Part shown: positions 10,149-17,960 of the stretch, one piece after another
Layout of the letters: the number at the start of each line of letters is the position of its first letter
How positions within the stretch are numbered: position 1 is the stretch's first letter
From: Minisyncoccota bacterium
Lineage (GTDB): Bacteria; Patescibacteriota; Minisyncoccia; Minisyncoccales; GWA2-38-27
Direction: 5' to 3'
Assembly (NCBI GenBank): GCA_028687715.1
Contig: JAQTZP010000002.1
Location: forward strand, 20,038 to 84,037
DNA: 64,000 nt
Program-made: the position numbers and the translations under genes
The notes under the pieces: model-generated
What the model saw: the letters and a program-made list of their open reading frames with translations, nothing else
Told to the model about the DNA's origin: nothing
Database searches by the model: none

Positions 10149-11539
10149 TTTTTCTTCTTTGTTATTTTCAATTTTAATTCCTTTAATTGTTCATCGTTTA
10201 CGATATCTGGAGCACCCATCATTAAATCCCTGCTGTCTCCGGTCTTAGAAAACGCTATTACTTCCCTGATATTAGGCTCGTTTAAGAGAATCGCCATAAA
10301 CCTGTCAATGCCTGGCGCAATGCCTCCGTGGGGCGGAACTCCGTATTTAAAGGCTGTAAGCATATGCCCGAACTTCTGATGAATATCTTTCTTCTTATGA
10401 CCCATTACCTCAAAAACAGCTTCAAGCACTTCTGGCTTGTATGACCTTAAGCTCCCCCCTCCTATCTCAAAGCCGTTTAAAACAAAGTCATACTGGTAAG
10501 CTAATATCTTGTCGGGATTTTTCTTAATTTCATCTATATTATCAGTCTTTGGCCTGGTAAAAGGATGATGAACGGCATCCCAGCGGTTTTCCTCTTTCTT
10601 CCATTCAAACATTGGAAAATCAACAATAAAAGCAAAGGCAAGCTCATCTTTATTCTTATTCTTCCTTAAATCAGGCTTATCGCTGTTGTATTCCTTCATT
10701 GCTTCAGAGTATGAAATCCTTGGAAAAGGAATCTGAAGAATCTTCTTTTGAGGGAAAATATCCTTGATGATATTGATATAGAGATTTTCTACAAGCTTCA
10801 ATATCTCTTCCTCGTCTGCAAAAGACATTTCTAAATCCAATTGGGTAAACTCGGGCTGGCGGTCTCCTCTTGGGTCCTCATCCCTGAAGCACCTGGCAAT
10901 TTGGAAATATTTCTCAATGCCGCTTACCATAAGCAGCTGCTTATACTGCTGGGGGGATTGGGGAAGAGCGTAGAAACTGCCTGGCTGGAGTCTTGAGGGA
11001 ACGATAAAGTCGCGGGCTCCTTCAGGCGTTGATTTGGTTAAAATAGGAGTCTCAATCTCAATAAAGCCTTCTTTGATAAGAAACTCTCTTATAAACTGGA
11101 TTACTTTCTGGCGCATTATCATATTCCTCCTAAGCCTCTCTCTTCTTAAATCCAAATACCGGTATTTCATCCTAATCTCCTCGCTGATATCATAACCTTC
11201 GCTCTCAATTGAAAAAGGCAGGGTTTCTGCTTTTGATAAAACATTAAGCTCTTCTACAGACATCTCAACTTTGCCTGTTTCAATATCAGGATTCTCCATA
11301 TTCTTAGGCCGCTCATTTATCTTCCCAGCTGCTTCTATGACCCATTCAGGCCTTATCTGTTTTGCTTTCTCATAGATATCTTTATTAGAAGGTGAAATAA
11401 CCATCTGCAAAACACCGGTTATGTCCCTTATATCAATAAAGATGATTTTGCCGTGAGATCTAATAGAATTAACCCAGCCGGATACTTTTGCGCTTCCTCC
11501 TGTAGATTTTAATGTCTGGGATATATAGATTCTTTTCAT
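10145..11539 (-). CDS. aspS: aspartyl-tRNA synthetase, bacterial-type core but lacking the GAD insertion domain
   Basis: 464 aa. QSPQQYKQLL, FRDEDPRGDRQPEFTQLDLEMSF (motif 2) and GIAPGIDRF (motif 3). DKPDLR is followed almost directly by VDFPMFE. Confidence 0.93.
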   Translation of the reverse strand: MKRIYISQTLKSTGGSAKVSGWVNSIRSHGKIIFIDIRDITGVLQMVISPSNKDIYEKAKQIRPEWVIEAAGKINERPKNMENPDIETGKVEMSVEELNVLSKAETLPFSIESEGYDISEEIRMKYRYLDLRRERLRRNMIMRQKVIQFIREFLIKEGFIEIETPILTKSTPEGARDFIVPSRLQPGSFYALPQSPQQYKQLLMVSGIEKYFQIARCFRDEDPRGDRQPEFTQLDLEMSFADEEEILKLVENLYINIIKDIFPQKKILQIPFPRISYSEAMKEYNSDKPDLRKNKNKDELAFAFIVDFPMFEWKKEENRWDAVHHPFTRPKTDNIDEIKKNPDKILAYQYDFVLNGFEIGGGSLRSYKPEVLEAVFEVMGHKKKDIHQKFGHMLTAFKYGVPPHGGIAPGIDRFMAILLNEPNIREVIAFSKTGDSRDLMMGAPDIVNDEQLKELKLKITKKKK

Positions 11540-11581
11540 ATTTTTCTATTATGGCAAATAATTTTAAAATAGTAAAATATA

Positions 11582-11609
11582 TTGTTATATCTTTTACTTT
11601 ATGTATAAT
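11582..11609 (+). promoter_or_regulatory. sigma70-like promoter TTGTTA-N16-TATAAT
   Basis: -35 at 11582-11587 and -10 at 11604-11609, giving a predicted start near 11616. Confidence 0.45.
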
Positions 11610-11656
11610 ATCAATAGAGAGCCTTTCAATCCAGCTCTTTTTAAGGGAGAGGCAAG

Positions 11657-11884
11657 ATGGCAGAGACATGGCCTGATGAAACAGCAGAAGATAATTGTCC
11701 AGTGTTGAAAGTAAAAGTTTATGTCCGCCCAAGTTCTGTGGGTGAAGCTTCAACTTATAGACAAACATTATCTCAAAGAGAATGTTTACCCAGAAACAAG
11801 CCAGGTGCTCGAAAAGAAATCAATAAAAGAATAAAGCATTACAGAAAAATGGCTGAAAAGGAACTTCCTCTCTTTCCAGAATAG
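11657..11884 (+). CDS. orphan small protein (75 aa), unknown function
   Basis: A GGGAGAGG Shine-Dalgarno lies 4 nt before the ATG. My count gives G/C at the third position in only about 16 of 74 codons, although the segment is GC-richer than its flanks, which suggests coding periodicity. It has its own promoter and terminator and is the only plus-strand unit in a minus-strand block. Confidence 0.5.
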   Translation: MAETWPDETAEDNCPVLKVKVYVRPSSVGEASTYRQTLSQRECLPRNKPGARKEINKRIKHYRKMAEKELPLFPE

Positions 11885-11918
11885 AGTTTAAAAAGTTCTT
11901 TTCTAAAAAAAGATATGA

Positions 11919-11943
11919 ACGCGGATTTCCGCGTCTTTTTTTT
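11919..11943 (+). terminator. intrinsic terminator (possibly bidirectional, also follows the murC stop)
   Basis: ACGCGG-ATTT-CCGCGT followed by a T8 run. Confidence 0.7.
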
Positions 11944-13222
11944 AAAAACCATCGGCTAATTTATATATATCCCCTGCTCCCATTACAATCAGAACATCTA
12001 TTTCTTTTATTCTGTCTTTTAGGTAATCTTCCACTTTCTCTTTTTCCATATAAATTATATTATCTTTTTTTATTTTCTTTACAAGCAATTCTGAACTTAC
12101 TTTTTTATTAATTGCTTTTGTTTCCCTTCCTGCCACGTCATAGATATCAGTAATAATTATTCTATCTATATCAGCCAAACGAAAAATCTTTACAAACTCA
12201 TTAAACAGATAATAAGTTCTCTGGTGCTGATGAGGCTGAAAAACGCAGAATATCTTTTTATCTCTATACCTCTCTCTGGCCGCTTTCAATGTGGCTGAAA
12301 CTTCTGTAGGATGATGGCCGTAATCGCTTACAACAATAATCCTTCCTTTTTTTACTTCAAACCTGCGCCAGCTCCCTTGATATTTAGAAAGAGCTTTCAA
12401 GGCAGTTCTATCATCTATTTTCAAGGCTCTTGAAACTGATAATGCTGCCAAGGCATTGGATATATTATGCTCTCCGGGAATCTTCAATATATCCTTCAAC
12501 GTATTTGCTTCTTTGTGAAATATAGAGAACTCTATTTTTTTAATCCCTTTATCTTTTATTTTATTAATATTTCTGTCATCTTTATTTAAGACAAGAATCC
12601 CGTCTTTATCTAAATGAGCTATATATTCTTTATATGTTTTTAATATATGCCTTATATCCTTATAATAATCCATATGCTCTTTCTCGATATTAGTCAAAAC
12701 AATGATTTTGGGCCAATAGTTTAAAAAAGAAGCATTCCATTCATCTGCCTCAATAACCAGGTATCTGCTTTTTCCAAACCTGAAATTGGTATTATTAAAT
12801 TCTTTTAATTTCGTGCCTATTATCACTGTTGGATCAAATCCCGCCTCTGTTAAAATCAATGAAACCATTGCCGTGGTAGTGCTTTTGCCGTGAGTTCCTG
12901 AAACAGCTATAGTAAAGTATTCTTTTGTCAATTGGCCCAAAGCTTCGGGATAAGATAAACACTTTACTCCTTTTTTATTAAAATAATCAAGTTCAGAATT
13001 ACCGCTTTTTACCGCAGGGCTGTAGATTACTAAATCAGGCATATCTTTAACGCTTAATTCCTTATCCTGTCCGATAGAAACCTCTGCTCCTGATTTTTTC
13101 AAATAGTCTGTTATTTCAGAAGAAACCAAATCAGAACCGGTTACCTTGCAACCTTTTCTAAGATAGTACTGAGCCAAAGCGCTTACTCCTATTCCTCCGA
13201 TGCCTATAAAGTGTATTTTCAT
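11942..13222 (-). CDS. murC: UDP-MurNAc--L-alanine ligase MurC
   Basis: 426 aa. IGIGGIGVSALAQ start and the Mur ligase P-loop GTHGKSTTT. Confidence 0.95.
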   Translation of the reverse strand: MKIHFIGIGGIGVSALAQYYLRKGCKVTGSDLVSSEITDYLKKSGAEVSIGQDKELSVKDMPDLVIYSPAVKSGNSELDYFNKKGVKCLSYPEALGQLTKEYFTIAVSGTHGKSTTTAMVSLILTEAGFDPTVIIGTKLKEFNNTNFRFGKSRYLVIEADEWNASFLNYWPKIIVLTNIEKEHMDYYKDIRHILKTYKEYIAHLDKDGILVLNKDDRNINKIKDKGIKKIEFSIFHKEANTLKDILKIPGEHNISNALAALSVSRALKIDDRTALKALSKYQGSWRRFEVKKGRIIVVSDYGHHPTEVSATLKAARERYRDKKIFCVFQPHQHQRTYYLFNEFVKIFRLADIDRIIITDIYDVAGRETKAINKKVSSELLVKKIKKDNIIYMEKEKVEDYLKDRIKEIDVLIVMGAGDIYKLADGF

Positions 13223-13236
13223 AATAAAAAATATCC

Positions 13237-13812
13237 TTATGTTTCAATTCTTAAACTGCATGATTCCAATATATCATATTTCGGACCTCCTCTTTTAAGC
13301 TCGCTTTCCATAATGTCAATAGAATCAGCCTCAAATGTTAAATTAATATCTTCATCAACAACAGGCCTTTCCTCTGGTTCAATCTTTTTAAAACCCCATT
13401 GATTAACTCTCGCTAAAGTAATATGAAGAGAAAACTCTCTTTTTTCAGCGTGAAAATTTACTGAACCAATCAAAGACTTATCCAAATCATTCTTTAAGGA
13501 AATAAAATCATCTGAATTCTCCCCTACCGCCCAAACCATTCTTGGAGGAATTTTCTTTAAAGGACCATAGCATATTTTATTCAAGTTAATAGATAAAGGA
13601 GAATGCCTTTGAGAAACTTCTTTTACAAGCTTGCAAACCTCAATAAGCTCTTCGTCTCTGATATAGCCTAAAAAAGCTAAGGTAATATGAATATTGTCTT
13701 TTTTAGTCCATTTTGCCGGTAGATCAGACCACTTGTATTGATACTCATTCAACTTTTCTTTTATATCCTCCGGCAGATTTACAGCAATGAAAATCCTGCG
13801 TCTGTTGTTCAT
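13237..13812 (-). CDS. thpR: RNA 2',3'-cyclic phosphodiesterase / 2'-5' RNA ligase family (2H)
   Basis: 191 aa with two HxTx motifs, HITLAFLG and HITLARV. Confidence 0.85.
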   Translation of the reverse strand: MNNRRRIFIAVNLPEDIKEKLNEYQYKWSDLPAKWTKKDNIHITLAFLGYIRDEELIEVCKLVKEVSQRHSPLSINLNKICYGPLKKIPPRMVWAVGENSDDFISLKNDLDKSLIGSVNFHAEKREFSLHITLARVNQWGFKKIEPEERPVVDEDINLTFEADSIDIMESELKRGGPKYDILESCSLRIET

Positions 13813-13858
13813 AATAATTGAATTTTAGCATAAAAAAGGTTAAATTAAAATAACGGCT

Positions 13859-14524
13859 ATGAATAAAGAAATCGCTGAAATATTATATAATATAGCTGAC
13901 CTTTTGGAGATAAAAGGAACAGCTTTTAAGCCTTTGGCATACAGAAAGGCGGCTGAATCATTGGAAAGCCTGGAAAGAGATATAGAGGAGATATATAGAG
14001 AGAATGGAATTAAAGGCATCAAAGAAATAAAAGGAATTGGGAAAAGCATAAGCGGAAAGGTTGAAGAATTCTTAAAGAAAGGAGGAATAAAGTCATATGA
14101 AGAGTTGAAAGAAGAAACAGCTATAAGACAGATTATCACTCATTACTTTAAGACAAAAGGCTTGTCTTTAGATGAAATCAAGCAAAACGCTAAAAAGAGA
14201 AAAATAATATATTCAAGGTTTACCAAGCCCGCAAAACAGCTTTTAGAGCTTGCTGGCTCAATTGATTCTGCGAAAAAAGCTATTGATAAAGTAGCTGACT
14301 GGGCTAATTCAAGAAGCTTAGACTACGCCATAGAAACCGTGTTTAAAAAATGGCTTGAGTTAAACAGGCTCAAACCCAAAGAAATAGTGAAAAAGCCTTT
14401 TTTCAACAATGACCCAATGGTCTGGTCAGAAACCAAAAAGAAATGGTATGTTATTGATAAATACGGCCAGTGGCTTGAATTCGCAGGAAAGGAATCAGAA
14501 ATAGAATGGAGAATAATAAAATAA
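13859..14524 (+). CDS. helix-hairpin-helix protein with Pol X (pol beta-like) N-terminal 8-kDa/HhH region; C-terminal half unknown
   Basis: N-terminal NKEIAEILYNIADLLEIKG..FKPLAYRKAA...IKGIGKSISGKVEEFL resembles the Pol X lyase/HhH region. No polymerase domain follows. Confidence 0.55.
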   Translation: MNKEIAEILYNIADLLEIKGTAFKPLAYRKAAESLESLERDIEEIYRENGIKGIKEIKGIGKSISGKVEEFLKKGGIKSYEELKEETAIRQIITHYFKTKGLSLDEIKQNAKKRKIIYSRFTKPAKQLLELAGSIDSAKKAIDKVADWANSRSLDYAIETVFKKWLELNRLKPKEIVKKPFFNNDPMVWSETKKKWYVIDKYGQWLEFAGKESEIEWRIIK

Positions 14525-15465
14525 TGAACCTAAAGATTATCTTCATCGGCACGCCTCGGTTTGCCTCAATAATTTTAGAAAAGCTTGTAGAAAACAATTA
14601 CAAGCCTGTTTTGGCTATAACAGCTCCGGACAAGAGAAAAGGCAGAAAAAAGATATTAACTCCTCCTGATGTAAAAATAACTGCGAAAAAGCATAATATT
14701 GATATAATTCAGCCTAAAGACATTAATAATCTTAAAGACGAAATAAAGGGTTTAAACCCTGATTTAATTATTCTAACCGCTTACAGCCAGATTCTGAAAA
14801 AAGATATTTTAGAAATTCCAAAATACGGATGCTTAAATATCCATCCTTCTATTCTTCCAAAATACCGAGGCCCCAGTCCAATTCAGACAGCTATTTTAAA
14901 CGGAGACAAAAAGACAGGCATAACCATATATCTGATGGATGAAAAAATAGACCATGGAAAAATAATCTCTATTTGCGAATTCCCAATTTCCCTTATAATT
15001 AACTGCCAAGAACTCTCTGAAGAACTGGCTCAAAAAGGAGCTGAACTTTTAATAGAAACTATACCGAAGCTGATAAACGGCAAAATAACTCCTTTTGCCC
15101 AAAATGAGAAAGAAGCAACCTATACTAAGATTATAAGAAAAGAGGACGGAAGGATAAACTGGCGCCAGTCCAGTAAAAAAATAGAGCGCCGAATAAGAGC
15201 CTATAACAAATGGCCCGGTAGCTTTACTTTCTGGGAAAAAAATGATAAAAAAACCCTGCGGATAAAAATAATAAAAGCTGAAGAATCTGATATTGAGAAT
15301 AATAAAAAGCCGGGACAGGTTTTCTCATCGGACAATAATCTTCTAATAAAATGCCAAAGGGGCTCGCTGATTGTAAAAGAGCTCCAGGTTGAAGGAAAAA
15401 AGCCGATGAAATCTGATGAATTTTTAAAAGGCAATAAAGATTTTATCAACACTTTAGTTATATAA
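14506..15465 (+). CDS. fmt: methionyl-tRNA formyltransferase
   Basis: Contains IIFIGTP.. and HPSILPKYRGPSPIQ. An alternative start at 14524 forms a TAATG overlap with the upstream stop. Confidence 0.93.
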   Translation: MENNKIMNLKIIFIGTPRFASIILEKLVENNYKPVLAITAPDKRKGRKKILTPPDVKITAKKHNIDIIQPKDINNLKDEIKGLNPDLIILTAYSQILKKDILEIPKYGCLNIHPSILPKYRGPSPIQTAILNGDKKTGITIYLMDEKIDHGKIISICEFPISLIINCQELSEELAQKGAELLIETIPKLINGKITPFAQNEKEATYTKIIRKEDGRINWRQSSKKIERRIRAYNKWPGSFTFWEKNDKKTLRIKIIKAEESDIENNKKPGQVFSSDNNLLIKCQRGSLIVKELQVEGKKPMKSDEFLKGNKDFINTLVI

Positions 15466-15466
15466 T

Positions 15467-16036
15467 ATGCTTACCCATAATGATTTAAAAAGGGGGGCAA
15501 GGTTTATTCTAAATCAGGAGCCTTATGAAGTTTTAGACTCTTTCCCGATAAAAAAAGCCCAAGGCAGGGCTATTGTCCAGACTAGAATCAAAAACCTTAT
15601 CACAGGAGCTGTTTTAGATAAAAACTTTCACCAGGGAGATGTTTTTGACCAAGCTGATATCTCAAAAATTGACATTAAGTTTTTATATTCTCACAAGGAT
15701 AAATTTATCTTTTCTGAAAGAAATAACCCTTCAAAAAGATTTGAACTTAGCGAAAATCAACTTGGAAGCTCATCAAAGTTCTTAAAACCAAATGAAATAG
15801 TTGAAGGACTGGTCTTTGACGATAAAATAATCAATATCTCTCTTCCGATTAAAATTCAGCTTAAAGTAATTGAAGCCCCGCCCTCTTTCAAAGGGAACAC
15901 GGCCCAAGGCGGAACCAAAACAGTTAAACTGGAAACTAAGGCAGAAATAAACGCCCCCTTATTTATAAATGAAGGAGATATTATTGAAATAAATACTGAA
16001 AAAGAAGAATACGTAAAAAGAATTGAAAAGAAGTAA
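15467..16036 (+). CDS. efp: elongation factor P
   Basis: 189 aa with the three-domain EF-P layout. The N-terminus DLKRGARFILNQEPYEVLD is typical. Confidence 0.93.
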   Translation: MLTHNDLKRGARFILNQEPYEVLDSFPIKKAQGRAIVQTRIKNLITGAVLDKNFHQGDVFDQADISKIDIKFLYSHKDKFIFSERNNPSKRFELSENQLGSSSKFLKPNEIVEGLVFDDKIINISLPIKIQLKVIEAPPSFKGNTAQGGTKTVKLETKAEINAPLFINEGDIIEINTEKEEYVKRIEKK

Positions 16037-16042
16037 TCAAAC

Positions 16043-16068
16043 AAAAAACACCAAAGAGGTGTTTTTTT
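16043..16068. terminator. bidirectional intrinsic terminator between efp and the converging 80-aa gene
   Basis: A-run, then ACACC-aaaga-GGTGT, then a T-run. Confidence 0.65.
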
Positions 16069-16074
16069 ATTTCA

Positions 16075-16317
16075 TTAAGATGCCGGAGGAATTGAAAGAA
16101 GAAGCTGCTGGAGCTTGGGCAAAAGAGGCTTTAATACTTCAAGGTCAGGCATAAGAGGCTCAAACTTCTCTATCATAGGATTGATTCTTTCAACTGATTT
16201 ATCAATTTCAGCTATTTTCTTGTCTATTATAACAAGAGAATAGGTATTATAGATTGATAAAATAAGAGCTGATAGGGAAACTATTAAAATTAAAGATATC
16301 AGTAATGAAGGCTTCAT
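16075..16317 (-). CDS. small membrane-anchored hypothetical protein
   Basis: 80 aa with one N-terminal TM helix and no recognisable motif. Confidence 0.45.
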   Translation of the reverse strand: MKPSLLISLILIVSLSALILSIYNTYSLVIIDKKIAEIDKSVERINPMIEKFEPLMPDLEVLKPLLPKLQQLLLSIPPAS

Positions 16318-16396
16318 TTTTAAAAATAATATTAAAAGATAATAACGACCTTTTTCCTTTAGTTAATAATAACACTCAGGAAATTTCTGTAAACAA

Positions 16397-16768
16397 TCAT
16401 CTTCTTTTATTTTCAGCCTCTTTTACTTCTTTTTCATCCATGCCAAAATGATGGGCAATCTCATGCCAAACAGTATTTTTTACCATTTCTATCATTTCCT
16501 CTCTTGAAGAACAGACTTCTTCTATGGACTTTTTAAATATAGTTATTTTATCAGGCAGAACCTGGCCATAGCCCCATCTCTTTGTCTGGGGAACGCCTTC
16601 GTAGAGACCGAATATAAGGGAGCCTTTTCTGGCCTTTATTTTCTCCAGCTGAAATGAATCAGGTTCGTCTTCTATGCAAATTTCAACATTTTCTAATCTT
16701 TTTAGAAACCTATTGTCAATAGCCTTTATTCCCTTATTTACTATTTCTTCAAATTCTTTATCTGTCAT
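16397..16768 (-). CDS. small zincin-type metallopeptidase family protein (DUF1025-like)
   Basis: 123 aa with a C-terminal TVWHEIAHHFG (HExxH). Confidence 0.75.
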   Translation of the reverse strand: MTDKEFEEIVNKGIKAIDNRFLKRLENVEICIEDEPDSFQLEKIKARKGSLIFGLYEGVPQTKRWGYGQVLPDKITIFKKSIEEVCSSREEMIEMVKNTVWHEIAHHFGMDEKEVKEAENKRR

Positions 16769-16815
16769 ATTTTCATAATAGCAGGAAAAAAAGCCAATAA
16801 CAAATTGTCATTGGC

Positions 16816-17415
16816 TTAGAGTTTTCTAGCTCTCATCCAGTTCAAAAACTTTAAAAGAGCAGATTCTTCTTTTTTTCTATTTTCAAACCTTTTATACTCT
16901 GCTTTTGTCATTTTTGCCAGCTGTTTTTTCCGTCCATAAGGAATAAAAATAAATTGAAGAGGTCCGCAGAAGCATTCCGGCAGCCAATCCCCGCCGGGAA
17001 ATTCAGCAATTGAACCTTCTATTTGTGATTCAAAGTATACAGGATTTCTAGAATTCGGGGTAAGATAACCGACAGCCCATTTAAAGCGGCAGGTTCTTTT
17101 TCTGCCTTTAAGGGATTTCAAGAGGCCGTCAATGCCTGAAATATCAACTATAACCTCGGCAACGCCAGCCGAACCCAGTCCATCAGCCTCAAACGATACT
17201 TCTTCCGCCATAAGGGCGGCATCATCATTAAATGTTTCTCTGGCCAATCTTAATTTCCGCCTCAATACATCACGATTATCATCCGATAATGTTCTCATTC
17301 TGCAGGAACTTAAAGGAAGAATAACATCCAATTTAATTCCATGCCTTAATGCAAGCTCAACAATCTCATCTTTTACATCATTAGGCTTGTCAATTATAAA
17401 GAAGATTCTCTTCAT
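16816..17415 (-). CDS. hypothetical protein with remote Ham1/ITPase-like layout but non-conserved catalytic motifs
   Basis: FIFIPYGRKKQLAKMTKAEYKRFENRKK parallels the Ham1 segment DPIF.P.G...T.AE...EK...SHR, but the key residues are replaced. I place the start at ATG 17415, which has GGAGG 7 nt upstream. The track start 17433 is a TTG. Confidence 0.4.
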   Translation of the reverse strand: MKRIFFIIDKPNDVKDEIVELALRHGIKLDVILPLSSCRMRTLSDDNRDVLRRKLRLARETFNDDAALMAEEVSFEADGLGSAGVAEVIVDISGIDGLLKSLKGRKRTCRFKWAVGYLTPNSRNPVYFESQIEGSIAEFPGGDWLPECFCGPLQFIFIPYGRKKQLAKMTKAEYKRFENRKKEESALLKFLNWMRARKL

Positions 17416-17581
17416 CTGATACCTCCGCATCAAAAAAGAATCTTGATTGTCAACGTCCTAAAAAATAATATAAAAAATATGCATAATAGTCAAGGTGTTG
17501 ACATAATTTTTAAAATATAATAATAAATAATCAGCACTTATTTTTCACTGATTCTGTCTCTCTCAATCTGGGAGGAAGGAA

Positions 17582-17860
17582 ATGACCGGAGAAGAACTTG
17601 CTAAAAAGATAGATGCTGCTTCAAAACAAATCTTGAACTTTGAACAAGACCCAGATTTCCCTACCTATTACAGTTCGCTAATCTATACCTGCGTAAGCAA
17701 GGCTAACATGAAAAGAGAAATCTCTTTAGAGGAGGTTGCTGAGATAACCCTTAAAAGAGTCTTAATGGGTCTTGATGAAGACCAAAGACAAGAATTCAGA
17801 TTCGCAGTCAAACTGATTGCCGAACAAATTGAAGAAATGTTCGGTGTCAGCGTGAAATAG
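17582..17860 (+). CDS. hypothetical 92-aa protein
   Basis: GGGAGGAAGG Shine-Dalgarno before the ATG and its own terminator. Divergent from the Ham1-like gene. Confidence 0.5.
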   Translation: MTGEELAKKIDAASKQILNFEQDPDFPTYYSSLIYTCVSKANMKREISLEEVAEITLKRVLMGLDEDQRQEFRFAVKLIAEQIEEMFGVSVK

Positions 17861-17877
17861 ATTCGGTTAAATTAAAA

Positions 17878-17905
17878 GCCGTTGGTTATTCCAGCGGCAT
17901 TTTTT
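17878..17905 (+). terminator. intrinsic terminator of the 92-aa gene
   Basis: GCCGTTGG-loop-CCAGCGGC followed by ATTTTTT. Confidence 0.6.
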
Positions 17906-17915
17906 AATCCAACAT

Positions 17916-17940
17916 AAAACCCGCCAAAATGACGGGTTTT
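17916..17940 (-). terminator. intrinsic terminator of the 788-aa gene
   Basis: AAAACCCG-loop-CGGGTTTT, with a U-rich tail on the minus strand. Confidence 0.6.
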
Positions 17941-17960
17941 ATGCTTTTAACTTCAATCGT

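Noticed and set aside
11469-11768. The 99-aa minus-strand ORF overlapping the aspS start.
   Set aside because: It overlaps the aspS N-terminus in another frame and runs antisense to the better-supported 75-aa plus-strand gene.
11540-11900. A T-box leader for aspS on the minus strand (AACUUGGGCGGAC resembles the T-box GGGUGGNACC).
   Set aside because: The UGGN needed to pair with the tRNA NCCA end is absent, and I found no specifier-loop or Stem I features or a terminator/antiterminator pair in that orientation.
11616-11943. tmRNA, SRP RNA or 6S RNA identity for the 11.6-kb unit, and likewise for the 24.5-kb RNA.
   Set aside because: There is no tRNA-like acceptor/T-arm (GGUUCGA..CCA) or tag ORF, and no SRP helix-8 GGAA/AGCA motif. 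6S cannot be judged by eye. The 11.6-kb unit shows codon periodicity that favours a protein.
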